From Octopus sinensis (taxonomy: Eukaryota): a stretch of 64,000 nucleotides of DNA. Positions 1-13,299 of this stretch are shown one piece after another (positions within the stretch are counted from its first letter, which is position 1; every line of letters starts with the position of its first letter). Under the pieces are notes generated by a model that saw nothing but the letters and a program-made list of their open reading frames with translations, did not search any database and was not told where the DNA came from. Position numbers and translations under genes: made by a program. The stretch is taken from positions 6,758,001-6,822,000 of the forward strand of contig NC_043001.1 of assembly GCF_006345805.1 (NCBI RefSeq). Direction: 5' to 3'.

Positions 1-285
1 CTTAGGAATACTAATGTTAATCAAATCCAATTAATTTCGTTAAATGTTCGAAAAAATACGAAGAATGGGAATCAATTTCAGATTAGTAAGTATCCTATCG
101 ATAACGAGATATTAATAATCGATACACGCAGGCATACACACACACACACAAACACAAACACGCACACACCCACGTATAGCCAAAAGCTTACAAAGTGATT
201 ACAGGCCAGATATTTCGTGAATGGTAAGAGAGAGTTGTGCCAGGCAGGAATATCTTGAGTTTTCTTCTGCCCTTTGGAAGATTGC

Positions 286-288
<3 letters not shown>

Positions 289-336
<48 letters not shown>
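289..336. repeat. (TA)n microsatellite
   Basis: Uninterrupted TA run; source of the YIYI ORF 199..381. Confidence 0.97.
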
Positions 337-339
<3 letters not shown>

Positions 340-342
<3 letters not shown>

Positions 343-540
343 TTTATAATTATGAATATAATTATAATTAGGATTCAGCAAAAAAATTTACTTCACCACA
401 TACCGAACTTTAGAAATAGCAGCCAAAGAACTTAGTTATTATTCTACTATAAGAAGAAACTCCCGGGCAGTATAAACTCAAAACTATTCACGTAGACACA
501 GATTATTAATTAATTAATTAATTTTACCCTTTATTATTAT

Positions 541-582
<42 letters not shown>

Positions 583-830
583 GGAAGTGCGTGTGGTATG
601 TTTCTATGTGTGAGTATATGAGTGTATACTATCTAATAATTTTGACGGGTTTCCATGTAACTTGAAATTTGATAGGCTCTTAGATCGAACCTAACTTGTC
701 GTTCGTCTGGAGAGAATAATATTATATGATATAAATTAAAGGTCGCTTCTAGGTCTTAGGCAACTAGCAGCCAGTGTAATAATGGTTAGATAGTTACATA
801 ATTCATTATCATTGAGCGTAAACTCACGTG
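340..830 (+). mobile_element. Decayed PLE-like terminal-repeat remnants around a (TA)n tract (543-581)
   Basis: Both sides carry a TAG(A/G)(A/C)A(A/C)TAGCAGCC-type motif related to the arms at 17527-17774. The left piece ends ACCCTTTTATTATT next to (TA)n, as at 17430 and 48537. PLE assignment is inference. Confidence 0.3.
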
Positions 831-961
831 GCTGGACAGGGTAATCGTAGGTACCTTTGGCCATATTCTCTGGAAAATACGGCAATTATTTTTTTCTCAT
901 TCTTTTTCCCATTCACCCATTTGCATATGTATCTATGCATATATAAGGTATATTCTTTTCT

Positions 962-1364
962 TTTCTTTTCTTTTACTTGTTTCAGTCATTTTGACTGCGG
1001 CCATGCTGGAGCAACGCCTTTTAGTCGAGCAACTCGACCCCGGGACTCATTCTTTTTGTAAGCCCAGTATTTATTCTATCGGTCTCTTTTGCCGAACCGC
1101 TAAGTGACAGGGACGTAAACATACAAGCATCGGCTGTCAAGCAATGCTAGGGGGACAAACACAGACACACAAACACATACATATATATATATGCATATAT
1201 ACGATAGGCTTCTTTCAGTTTCCGTCTACCAAATCCACTCACAAGGCATTGGTCGGCCCGGGGCTATAGCAGAAGACACTTGCCCAAGATGCCACGCAGT
1301 GGGACTGAACACGGAACCATGTGGTTGGTTAGCAAGTTACTTACCACACAGCCACTCCTGCGCC
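962..1364 (-). mobile_element. tRNA-derived SINE, family A (full length)
   Basis: Reverse complement of the copy at 35723-36133: tRNA-like head GGCGCAGGAGTGGCTGTGTGGTAAG, internal TA/TG tract, tail CAGTCAAAATGACTGAAACAAGTAAAAG. Confidence 0.88.
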
Positions 1365-1392
1365 TATGTATATGTATGTATTGGCATAAGAT

Positions 1393-1446
1393 GGATAGAT
1401 AGATAAGATAGACAGACAGATACATAGATAGATAGATAGATTGATT

Positions 1447-1500
<54 letters not shown>

Positions 1501-1677
1501 CAGATTGATAGATAGATAGACAGATTGATAGATAGATATATATATAGAGATAGATAGATATATATAGAGAGATAGATAGATAGATAGAAAGAAAGAAAGA
1601 TGGATAGATATATAGATTGATAGATAGACAGATAGTTAGATAGATAGACAGCCAGCCAGCCAGACAGACATACAGAC

Positions 1678-1751
<74 letters not shown>

Positions 1752-1760
1752 TTTAGATAG
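1393..1760. repeat. (GATA)n tetranucleotide repeat
   Basis: Long GATA/GACA run; source of the YLSI ORF. Confidence 0.97.
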
Positions 1761-4578
1761 ATTATTTTCTCCAACAAACCTCTGTTATTTGAAGACGAAG
1801 ATAGTCATTCGAGGGTCTATTGTTCTGAAACTACCACATTATTTCACTATAATATCTGTCCCAATGTTTCGAGCACTGATGCAAACGACCAGTAATTCGT
1901 GAGGCAGTAAAGCGTCTTACGCTCTGGTCTGTGTATTTCAATAACTTCAGTGTGATAATAAATCCGTAGCGTCTGGAAACTCGAACATTTCTTTCCAAGG
2001 ACAGCTGTAAACAACGAAAGTGAACCAAAAAGTTAAAACTAAGCATCCATGCACAGTAGCCTCCAAGGTTAATCTGTACCAAGCGGCTTCATTCTGCGCG
2101 TTTTAGCTTGGTTACTCTAGGAACAATCCTGATACTTATTGACCGGACCATGTAAGCTGTAAACCAAAAGAACGAAACATCATTTAAACAGAATAATTAA
2201 TAGTTTTGCTAATATATTGTTGATTATATTCATTGATACCGAGAACACCAATCTGTTTACGTCATAAATATTGTATACTTAGCCATTACGAAACCTTCCA
2301 AATACTAAGGAACTTCGAAGATAATTATTACAATATATGATCATTTACCAATTAGATCGATTCATAATAAATATCAACTACAATAATGCATTACAATCCA
2401 AATATATAAATACAGAGTATCTTATATCACATGTGAAGAAAATAGGATATCGTTAGTTCAGGTTATACTTAATCTGGGCCGATTTTCAGACGTGAAATAT
2501 CAGTCCAGTGTCTGATAAGCAGCTACGTTTATTACGGAATAGATAATACACCGTACATCAAAATTTAATTATTCTGTGAGTGATTAAATAGATCTTTGTA
2601 TAGCTGATTTTAGATTGAGCAGAATTATTATACATAAGCAGAACTGATAACGAATGTTATAATAGTAGCAATTCACTGAATTATGCTGATTATGAAGAGA
2701 TACTAATTCAATAATTAAATACTAACCGGGATGAAGAAGTCAGGAATACGTCATTCTCAACGTTTTTAATATTACCTGTGTAAGTGAACCTGATAGGTAA
2801 TAAATTATCGGCAGCATCACCTTTTACGAAGGAAGTAAGAGATAAAAATTAGTATACACAATTTAGTCAAAGATTAAGAAATCGTGACAAACTTATTAGA
2901 TTTAGAGTGATAATTAATTGGGGAAAAGAAATATATACAGGTCCATCTACTTATATATATATAATGACAGAGATATCTATTTGGAATTATAATAGTATCG
3001 TTATTCTACTAAAGCTCGCAGTAATTGTAAATGTGTGAAGAATTTATGCAGGTAATTGGGATTCGTTAAAGATTGATTCGATTTCAATCTGTTTCATACA
3101 TCTTGATATTTGTAATTTGGTATGGAAATGTAATTTCCCAAACATGTCATGCATTTTATTAATTTCTTTTACGAAGATAAACTCTCCAAGCTAGTGAAAT
3201 AACTGATTAACATTTAACTCATTCGTATAACTCGCACCACCCACGTATGAATAATATATTTCAATGTAACGATATACGTTATATGAGGACGTATTGATTT
3301 GTAGACTCTGATATATTGACATTATATGTAACATGATCTAGATCTATATGCACCTTCGAATTACATTTGAAAGATAATATAGAAATAGACAAAACGTTAA
3401 TTTCATTAGATATATTATGGCTGCCCCCTCGTTATCGAATATGGCCATTGCACGAAGCTTAACTGTTACTGGTGCTGTGATCGAATGTGATTTTTTAGCC
3501 CAGATACTCATGTATGTCCACGGTATCATGTATGAATAACTGCTACATTCAGAACAATAATGAAACCATGAGTTTTGGGTATATAACTATCACCAAAGGA
3601 AAGCAAGTTTTGAATTTTACACTGTCTAAAAAATTCTTATAAATTGCAAATTTAAAATATTTTATTTTCCATGTGGTTTTCAAGTATTTTAGTGCTGACA
3701 ATTTCACCTTCACTTCCCAATCATAAACTATTTTCCATTTGCATTTATAAAGGCACCTTGATCTCTTTTCGTGCTTGTTGAAATATAAAGGTTTCCCAAC
3801 TAATTTCAACGTTAATTTCTTCAGACACGTCACTAAATATTATTTCTCAAACTGAAATCTTTAATCCAACCTCAGTTAAATTGTTTATTCCAGTAACCTT
3901 TGATATTATTTGTGTGCTGTTGAAGAAAATAAGAGTGCAAAAACCAATATTGTTTCAGTTTATTCACGTCAATGGTATCGACGAGAAATGCGTGCTTATA
4001 AGCATCGGTCATGGATTATTTTGGCATGCTACAGCCTCGTTGTCGCTGCATTCCTGACTCGAAAGGGCATTATATTCAAGTGATTTTTCGCTCCTTGGTG
4101 ATATCGTGGTATAAACCCATGTCGCATTAATAATGATTTATCTGGTGATTGCATTCAGTATATGCGAGTGTTGACTAATGCACATTGCTATCTGCCGTGC
4201 GTACTTTATGCAAATCTGATAGCTGCATATTTGCAATGATAAACATATTGGAAAAGATAACTCCTGGAATAAAAGAGACACTAAACAGAGTTCTATAAAT
4301 ATTATTGAGAAAAGCAGAGGCTGAGATAAAGCACTTTGCATATTGCTGTCGTTGTTGTTGTTCTACTGCATCTTCTTCTTCTCCTCCTTGTTGTTGTTGT
4401 TATTATAAAAGACTCTCTGAATTACCGGTTATTCTTTACTTGAAAGTAGGAAAACAACAGATCACCAAAGGTTTCAAGTAGTGCTTTCTCCTGTGAATCA
4501 AAGAGACACTACTCTCCTTAGAATAATAATTATTATTGATGCTATTGCTGTTGTTGATGTTGTTGTTATTATTATTAC

Positions 4579-5560
4579 ATGTTTGGCACTTGCTTTGTAT
4601 TTGTACAGGTTCCCATGTGCATTTTGAATTTCTTCCATTTTGGATATCCTGGTATCTGTACAAGGAACCAGTCTACCACTCTGGCAATCAATTCTAGGAT
4701 TCCTATGACAACAAGCACTGTTTTAGTATTGAGGTTTCACATTTTGCCAACTTCAGTTTCAAGATTTTTTATATATTCTCAGTTTTTTTTAGATCTTGAC
4801 AGATACATTTATGTCGATTGGGACAATCATAACAATCAGGAGCTTGATTTTGGTCTGAAGTCTTTCAATATAATGTCTGGCCTATTTCCCTCTGAGCTCC
4901 TTATTCCTTCCTAAAATCCTCTTTCATTTGTGTTTTGTAACGTATCTAGATATTCGTAAGTATTTGTATATCTGAATTTTGTCTAATTCTCTTCATTTTT
5001 TCTTTATTTAGTGTTATATTCTTACTCTTAACTAGTTTTCCTCTATTCAATGTTGCTTTGGCAGCTGTTTCTCAGCCTAATTTCATATTCACTTCTTTAG
5101 TATTTCTACACACTCTCTCTAGTAATGTTTGTAATTGCAGCGTGCTGTTTTAGATCTTTTATACACAAGTGATGGTTGATTGTATTACCATAACAGTCGT
5201 ATCCGCATCAAATTCTGTTTAGCCTATCTGTACAAGGCACTAAAGAGGAGAGCGAGTCTCCTTGGTATATTTCTTTTCTAATAGAGATGACTTCAGATTT
5301 TATAATTCTCTCTCATATCTGGAGCTGCGGCACTGCCATTTATTCAAGGCATATTTCATATATTTTATCATTGTTGGTACCTTGCTCTTGGCTAGTGTTT
5401 CCAGGACCCATTTGTGGGGAAGACTGACCAAAGCCTTTCAAAAGTTGATCCATGCCATGCTTAGACCCTTCTTTTTAAGAAGGAAGACTAAAGTACTCAG
5501 GTCTTTCTTTTTTCCATTTTCCACGTTATCCACTCGTTCATTTCCACTCGTCAGTCCTAC
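4579..5560 (-). mobile_element. Decayed RLE-type non-LTR retrotransposon (R4/Dong-like), RT plus endonuclease fragments
   Basis: Minus-strand remnants SMAWINF*KA (~5430-5460) and IYQGDSLS (~5250-5270) match RT motifs; NRPDIILKDF (~4860-4890) matches the RLE domain. Homologous to 55662-56698; ends on an (ATT/GTT)n tract at 4520-4578. Confidence 0.78.
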
Positions 5561-5573
5561 TCACGCTCACATT

Positions 5574-5810
5574 ATTTCTTCTTCTTCTTCTCCTTCTTCT
5601 CCTCTTTATTCTTCTTCTCTTCTTCTTCTTCTTCGCTTCTTCTTCTTCTTCTTCTTCTTCTTCTTCTTCTTCTTCTTCTTCTTCTTCCTTCTTCTTCTTC
5701 TTCTCTTCTTCTTCTTCTTCTCTTCTCTTCTTCTTCTTCTTCTTCTTCTTCTTCTTCTTCTTCTCTTCTCTTCTCTTTCCTCACGCTGTTGCTGCTGTTA
5801 TTGTTGTTAA
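5574..5810. repeat. (CTT)n trinucleotide repeat grading into (GCT/GTT)n
   Basis: Direct reading; source of the poly-E/R and poly-F/L ORFs. Confidence 0.96.
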
Positions 5811-5814
5811 CAGA

Positions 5815-6355
5815 AAAATCTTGATCGGATTGGAACGTATGAGGTGACAGTGGAATCACTAAATGCCAAATTCAATTTCGCCATAAATGACGCAAGACAC
5901 GCAGACAACAGATACACGCATGCAGTTGTCCCTTGGTGTTGAAATGATGAGACAAACTATTCGTAAAACAACTAAGGCGATGGTGAATGGTCCGGCTGAA
6001 TGCATTAAAGCTAAAATGGAGAGCAGCTGCAATCAAATGAAGTAAGGAAAACCATAGTGAAAGGAAATGCATCATATATAAAGGACATATCGAGGAAATA
6101 TAACATGTATGAGATGTGCTGCTAAGTGTATTCTTTTCTAACTGCACGAGGACTGTTGTTGATTTTACTCATTTCAACTCTTTTCTCTTTGGACTTCCTT
6201 GTTTCCGATGAAGAGCTATGCTCGAAACGTTGACAACAGCTCTCTTCCTTCACCGAGCGTCAAATTAAGACATTGCTTATGTACATCATCGCGTTTGTTC
6301 TTATTTTTTGTTTTTTCATTTTCTCTAATTGTTTCGTTCCTTGAATTGACTATCT
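5815..6355 (+). mobile_element. Probable 3' end and pseudo-LTR of a Penelope-like element
   Basis: QKNLDRIGTYEVTVESLNAKFNF loosely resembles PLE GIY-YIG C-termini. It is followed by a TATATAAAG box (~6076) and an HHR-like motif (6199-6236), and ends at (TA)n. Confidence 0.45.
6199..6236 (+). ncRNA. Minimal type I hammerhead-like motif (core CCGAUGA)
   Basis: ttgtt-t-CCGATGA-a-gagc(tat)gctc-GAAAC-GTT-gacaa: 4-bp helix II, self-complementary AACGTT at helix III, helix I ttgtt/gacaa with a 1-nt offset. Confidence 0.5.
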
Positions 6356-6441
6356 GTATATATACATATATATATCTATATATATATAGATATATATATA
6401 TATATTGTATTATATATAAATATAATATATATAATATATAT

Positions 6442-6489
<48 letters not shown>
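6355..6489. repeat. (TA)n microsatellite between two convergent pLTR-like repeats
   Basis: Direct reading. Confidence 0.95.
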
Positions 6490-6491
<2 letters not shown>

Positions 6492-6740
6492 TAGGAGAGT
6501 TCACGAAAAACAAAAGACGAAGAAAGGGGGTGTACAAAACAAACAGATGTATTAGTATAACGCTCAGGAATTGAAAAAGTATTTTACGTTTCGAGCCTAC
6601 GCTCTTCTACAGAAAGGGATACAATAAAAAATAAAAAAACAAGGAGAGAAAAAAAGCGAGAGAAACAAGGAGAGAAACAAGAAGAGAAAAAAGAAGAGAA
6701 AAGAACGTGTGTAGTGGCTACCGATCTATCTTGGTGAGTG
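6490..6740 (-). mobile_element. PLE-like pseudo-LTR repeat with HHR-like motif
   Basis: 6490-6585 is the reverse complement of 34749-34847; 6582-6616 matches 7779-7808. It is therefore a dispersed family, and it is flanked by (TA)n on both sides. Confidence 0.6.
6582..6616 (-). ncRNA. Hammerhead-like motif with variant core CUGUAGA
   Basis: cttt-CTGTAGA-a-gagc(gtag)gctc-GAAAC-GTA-aaa: helix II, GAAA, ACGT helix III and helix I are present, but core position 6 is U instead of A. Confidence 0.45.
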
Positions 6741-7506
6741 TATATATATATAATATATATATATATATATCCATATAATATATACGTTACATATTCATAT
6801 GTATTACTACAGATATATGCATAGAACAGGTCAATGGAATAGGATGTGACAGAATATTGTTATATATAAGTAATAAATGTTCGAGACTTACGTGTCAGCT
6901 AATGTTTATCTAACTTGAATAGACATTTATAAATGTGATTTCTTATCCAATGCATCTAATCTGCCTCTCTTGTTAAATAGCTTTAATAATTTGCATAAAG
7001 CATGCATATGTTTTCTTGATTGTTGTGAAAACTAAGTTAAGATTCCTATGGTGTGCTTAATTCATCATACCCATTCCAAGTAAGTGATGAATAAATTAGT
7101 TCCTTAAAGTAATTTATCATGTATATAGACCTACTTGGTTCATAATAAATGACATTTATCATCATTAAGAATTAACTATGTTAGCATAATTACAATATTT
7201 GCTGATATATAATATGAAAGACAGCTTGTGCAATTATTAATGTTATTTTCCTTTACTAAACAGCAATCCTTGTTAAGATATTGAGCGTTTACAGGTTATT
7301 GGTACATAACAGTGACTAGACTAGAATTTCTTTGTAGAATTCATTGTTATTTAATGTATTATGCATGCAACTATGATTGTATAAACTATAGAGCATATTG
7401 CTATTTACACAAGAGTAGAAACACTAACTGCGTTTAATTTCGAACTCTTTATTAATTGAACATTTAATCATAGTTAAATCAGCGCCCTTGCTTTGCTAGC
7501 TATATA

Positions 7507-7766
7507 GTTGTTTGTTCCTTCTAGAGCCATGCTTGGCTCATAAAGGCCGGTTTCTCTGTTTCATTGGGGTATAGGTTCTCCACCTGGACGAAACGCCTGT
7601 CCGTCGCAAATGCAGGTGGTAAGAGTGAGAGAAAGTTGTGGCGAAAGAGTCAGCAGAAGTTCGCCATTACCTTCTGCTGGAGACGCGTGGAATTTAGGTG
7701 CTTTCCTCATAAACTCACACAAATCCCGGGATCCCTCGACCGCGAGTCTAGGCCATGTGCCTCCAC
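7507..7766 (-). mobile_element. tRNA-derived SINE, family B with tail 1 (head partly deleted)
   Basis: Homologous to 26667-26969 and 40190-40494. Confidence 0.82.
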
Positions 7767-7774
7767 CAGCGATC

Positions 7775-7860
7775 ATTTACGCTTCGAGCCTACGCTCTTC
7801 AACAGAGAGGAATAAGAGAAAATAAACAGTAAGTGAATATAGAAAAGAATTGTGGATTTT
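7775..7860 (-). mobile_element. Fragment of the 6490-6740 pLTR family (HHR-like, core CUGUUGA)
   Basis: tct-CTGTTGA-a-gagc(gtag)gctc-GAAGC-GTA; truncated where the adjacent SINE begins. Confidence 0.55.
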
Positions 7861-9237
7861 GCGATCACACATGATATGTATGTACGTGTTTGTGTGTGTG
7901 ATTGTGTGCGTGTGTGTGTCAGTTTGTGTGTGTCTGTGTTTGTGCTTGCATGTATGAGTGCGCATGTGCTTTACGATTATACACGAATAAACCATCAATG
8001 ATGAGTCCTTATATGATGACGTTCCATATGCTCAGAAGAAGTATAGACGATCAGTAACGCTGCTCGCCGGTTTCAGCCTCACTGTGAATAAAATCCAGAA
8101 TACGAAACAGGTGGCCCAATTTGGCATACGGTAACATTGTAAATACTGTAACCGATGATATCAATAACGGTACCTTCGAGAGGAAACGATATTGAAGATA
8201 AGAATATTAATCCTGTAGATTGTGTGTAAGGAAAACAATATCTCTGTTGGACACTAAAACAGTTTACAGTTTCCTTACTGCCACCACCTCTGGATTACCG
8301 CCATGCGTTGTAGTGATAAAATTGATGTCTGATCATGTGGAGAAATATTATAAGCCCTATGTCGTTTGTAGCTTCAGAATTTAACGACACAGAATTAAAT
8401 TATCTCTTGTGAGCAAGCGGTAGAGTGTAAAAGAAACTCACATAAATAAGAGGCGATATAAACAATATGAAGGAGAAAAACTGCCATTATTGTATATCCA
8501 GAGCGCCGCCGCTATAAATAAACTGTCTTGCATCATCTGTATCTTTGCAATGTTTGAAAATGAAGTGGGAATACAGAGTTGTGTAATCAGTGTATTGTTA
8601 CATGAGAAAGATGCTATTTACATCGAAAGGATTAAACTAAAGCGATATAAATACGGAAATTATAGTATACTAAACCAAGTTGTCAGCAGGTAACACTTTC
8701 CTACAACTTACCAAAAGAATATATACGATCAGAGTAGGATTTATTCAAATCTATAAACAATCACGACTGCAAGATTCCTTTTCATTAAATATAAGAATTA
8801 CTCGTTTCAGATGCAATGCTAAGGGATTTTATTGTTCTCTCTGTAACTGAAAGGGAAAATATCATTCAAGTTTCTATAAAATGTATGCTTCAAAATTCTA
8901 TTTAGGTGCAAATTTTATGTAATTCTATAAAGTCATGGCATTGACTTTATAGATATCTATCGTCTTTTAACATTTACTTGTTTCAGTCGTTGGTCAGTGT
9001 CGACGCTATGAAACCGCTTTGAACGATTTTGACCGATTGCCGATACCAGTACATATGTCTTTGGTGTAGTTTTGTACTTCACCGTCGATATTTTTGTTAA
9101 ACCTGCAAATTACGACGATGCAAAAACGAATACAGGTTAGGCAGTGATGGAGGTGTGTAAAACTAAACATTCCCGCACATACACACATACGCACACTCAC
9201 ACTTGGACACACACACATTTACATATCGCATATAATT

Positions 9238-9262
9238 TTATATATATACACATATATATATA

Positions 9263-9361
<99 letters not shown>

Positions 9362-9390
9362 TGTATATATATAAATATATATATATATAT
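9238..9390. repeat. (TA)n microsatellite
   Basis: Direct reading. Confidence 0.96.
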
Positions 9391-9449
9391 AGGGAGAGAG
9401 AGAGAACTCACACGCACACGTAATATATACACCTAAAATATGTATAGTG

Positions 9450-9650
9450 TCTCTCTTTGTGCCTGTGTTTATCCCGACATCTGACAATCGGTGTTGGTTT
9501 GTTTATGTTCTAGTTACTTGGGTATTCGGGTATAAATTCTATAGAATAAGTACAAAAGTTAAAAATATATATTGATTGAACTCTTCAAAATAATGCTGCA
9601 GTATGGCCGCCGTGCAATGAGTGAAATATGTAGAAATATGTAGAAGATAC
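9450..9650 (+). mobile_element. SINE family A, decayed 3' half
   Basis: ATAGAATAAGTAC and GCTGCAGTATGGCCGCCGTGCAATGAGTGAAA match the family A tail. Confidence 0.55.
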
Positions 9651-11314
9651 TGGCAGCTCTCTTGACTTACTCTACGATTCTCTCTTCGTGTATCACATTC
9701 CATTGCTTCTTATCTTCGAATTCCTTATTGTTAACATCCATCCAGAATTTCGATTTCTTTTGTCGGAAATTTGGACGTGTCACAAAATGTCTTACCTGAT
9801 ATAGTTTATTATTTGTGGTATATAAACGAGATTTAAAGAGTAGCTATTAATCACAATATATGAATCACTTGATGCATTTAAAGTCTAAAGTCGTGAACAC
9901 TACCTTGTGTCATGCTTGCATGCATTGTCAAAATTCACTTCTAGTCTTGAATGGAAATGGCGGTAATCAAATAGACACTACAGGGATTACCGTGACCTTC
10001 AGGGTCGTAATGTGATATAATTTCAGGATATCCTTATAATGCAATATTCATTGTTATTTTCATGATCGTTCTTCACCAGCGGAACGTTAACGACATCATC
10101 AGTTCTACGTTAAGCAACTTTACCGAATGTCAAGTTTAGTCTCTTGCTACGATTTATGGTTCCAAATACCATATCGCGGAATCGATTTTGTTTCTTCGAC
10201 GATCATATATTCCGCTTATGAAGGCGTAGCTCTGGGAAAATGTGTGCTGCCAGAAATAGATTGCATTTTTGTTGCCTTGCTCGTATGTCTATCCCAGGTG
10301 TGGTGCAGAGACCACAATGCGTAGGATACTGTATAACAAGTCAGAATCTGCCTTTCTCAAAAACATGATACCGGCAAATCTTTACTATTCTTTTCTCATA
10401 GAACTACAAACGGAAACAAATATAATAGGAAAGAGGAATCGTTATCCATGCGTCCGACTTTCGGGTCTCATTCTCTTGGATAAGTGAAGGGCATTTTTAA
10501 CAACATTTAAAATGGTGGAGCTGTATATAATCTATTTTAATTCAGTTTTCATTCTGGTGTATCATCGCTAATGCATCACTGATTCGTAATTTGTCCTGCA
10601 CGACAGGGAATAGAAAGCAAAACAAATATATTGCTAATGAATGCGATCACTACTTTGAAAATGATGAAATTACAATTGTACCTACTAAGAATTTAAACAA
10701 CAGTAATACACTGGTCGACAAGAATAATGTAATAGGCGCACCTACAAACGCACGAAATCACAAACAAGAGTGTTTCAACTGAAGTTCAGATTGGATTACT
10801 TACACATTCTTCAAACAAACAAAAAGATCACGTGAAATGAAAAGTTTGAAACGAAATGTTCACATCAGGGGGGAGGGCTTGTTAAGAAGGTCGATATTTC
10901 TTTTGCACGGCAAATTACAAAGGAAACGAGGAAAAGATATTTGTGTCTCGTAGTTGAAACAGTTAGAAGGCTTGAGACATTGAAAATATTTAGGAGAGGA
11001 AATCCTGACACTCTGTGAGGAATGGATTTAGGCTAACAAAGTCCACAGAAAATTTGGAAGGAGGAAACCAACAACAACAGCAGTAAATATCAGATTTAAC
11101 CTCCAAGCTGACATTAATTTCTTCTGTGGATGCAGCAGTGGGTGCAGCAATGCAAAGTTCGATAATATTAGCCTCCATTCCATATCGAATAACTATAATG
11201 AAAGAGGGGAAAAGTTGCCATTGAAAATGGAGCTGGAAATGAACGCGTGGAACGGAATTACGGTCAACAGTTACAGAAAAATATTCCTAACAAGAAAGAT
11301 TTTATAACCAGGAC

Positions 11315-11505
11315 CTAAGGCGGTGACCTGACGGTATTTCGTCTGTCTTTGCGTTGTGAGTTTAAATGCCGCCGAGGTTGTGTTTGCTTTTCATAATTTC
11401 GGGCTCGATAAATTAAGTAGGAGTTGCGTATTGTGATCGATCTAATCGACTTCCCCCGTCACACCACATTTCAGGTCTTTTGCCTATAGTAGAAAGGATT
11501 ATATC
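11315..11505 (+). mobile_element. tRNA-derived SINE, family C
   Basis: Shares the core GCCGAGGT..TTTGCTTTTCAT..TTCGGG.TCGATAAATTAAGTA and the tail GCCTATAGTAGAAAG with the other C copies. Confidence 0.75.
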
Positions 11506-13299
11506 AAAGACCTACATAATAACTCAGTATAACATGTCAGCATCAAGTTCCTAGGTTCGGAAACAAACAGACACGGAAGGAAGTTGTCTTTTCCCTCGGA
11601 ATGAAGGAAAAGGATCCACAAAATGCATTCAATATACAAGAAAAATCCTTTCAAGTCCTGTAATGAGAAGGATCTCTCTGGCGAGAGTGAACCGATTTTT
11701 GCTGATTTATGAGTCGTTTACATTATGGAGGAAAGCCTCTCCTGTAGTGGGGAGAGTGTCATCATTGACGTAGTTCAACTATTTTCTCTCGTCTTCCATT
11801 TGAGTCTCTAAACTCGTCTCATAGCCAACAATTCGCTGACCAACCATTCATGGCAAAACTCCCGAATCAAATTGCTTTTAGGGAAAAGGTACATTCGATT
11901 GCAAAATAACAAAATAAAGGGAAAAATAATAAACTGCTGTCGTAGAGCCAATGTGATTTTGCTATAATAAGAGACGCGTCCGTCCGTCTGTCTGTCCGAA
12001 GCCATCAATAACCAGATAGAGGAAAAGAGGTGAATGAAATGGAAAGAGAGTGAAAGAAAGAAAGAATGAAAGAAAAAGAAATTGAGGAAAAGCGTCAGTC
12101 CGTTACAACTTATCAATAACGAAGGAAGGGGTGACAAAAGGAGCGAAAAACAACAGTAGCGTTAGAGAAAGGGGGAGGTAGAAATGTATAGTTGACAAGG
12201 GGAGGGAAAGAAAAAAGAGAGGGAGGGGCGCACAAAGAAAAAAAGAGAGAGTCATTAATGTTTGTATGTATAAAAGAGCGTTTGTCGTCAAAATGAGACT
12301 GAATTTTGTCCTTCGTCTTTCAATATTTTGAAATTATATTTCATATCATAAATTGTAACTGAAATATAATCCATCGCTTTGCATGAAATATTTGCTTTAA
12401 GAATGATAAAAGGAGAAAATGTCATACATAGAAAAAAAACGATATTTCTTTTCTTTCTTCATGGTTGTTTGAAGTTCTTGCCGATTGATAAGGCCTGAAA
12501 CCGCATCTCAGATTTGTTGGTCGCACGTTCGTTCGCCAAATCAGTTTGCGACGGGAAAAACTTCTTTGACCTGTCAATATATACCATACCTAAAACCAAT
12601 GATTGATGAGTTTTTAATGACAAGCTAGGTGAAATTAAGTTCAGACAAACCGGATCTTGTCCGTCTTCCTATCGGCTGTAGATTGTTGCAGACGGTTTGG
12701 GGGGGGGGGGCGAACGAGAAACGGTGTCACTGGGTCAAACGAAAGCTACTGTAATCATCTCTCCTTTCTCCCCCACACTTGATTAATCTATCTAATTGTC
12801 ATGCCTACCACATTTACAGATTACCATTTTTATCACATCTGTCACACACCCATTCCTCAGCATTAATTTCATAATACTAAGTAGATTGTCAACAAACGCA
12901 TACTGTTAACATTCTATGTTAATTTTCATCGATCCGACGTGGTTGACCAACACACCATCGTGAGATTTTCGGGCCTCTTCGTTACAAATACTTCAGTCTT
13001 AATATTTACCATTACATGTGACTACCATTTCAATACCCCTGCTAACATATTCGTTATAATTTTTAATGGTCTTTCATTCATTCCTATTTCTGAATGTCTG
13101 TGAGAAAGTTTGGTTATTTTTATACCTCAAGCAGTTTAAATAAGATACAAATATTGTCATCGTAATACAATCGCCTGTCTCACTATTATGTTTTTATTCT
13201 ATTCTATTGAATTAATTCTATTGTATTTAATGAATAAATATGTGATTAAGTTTTGTCCATGAAAGACAAACGGTCAAATAATGGAAGAACTGCAAAATG

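Noticed and set aside
1831-2160. Two acceptor-like sites and open frames on the minus strand
   Set aside because: No recognisable protein motif and no convincing donor; frames of this length are expected by chance.
10050-10105. Minus-strand CTGATGA...GAAA with a pairing helix II
   Set aside because: No valid UH cleavage triplet or helix I, and no second copy.
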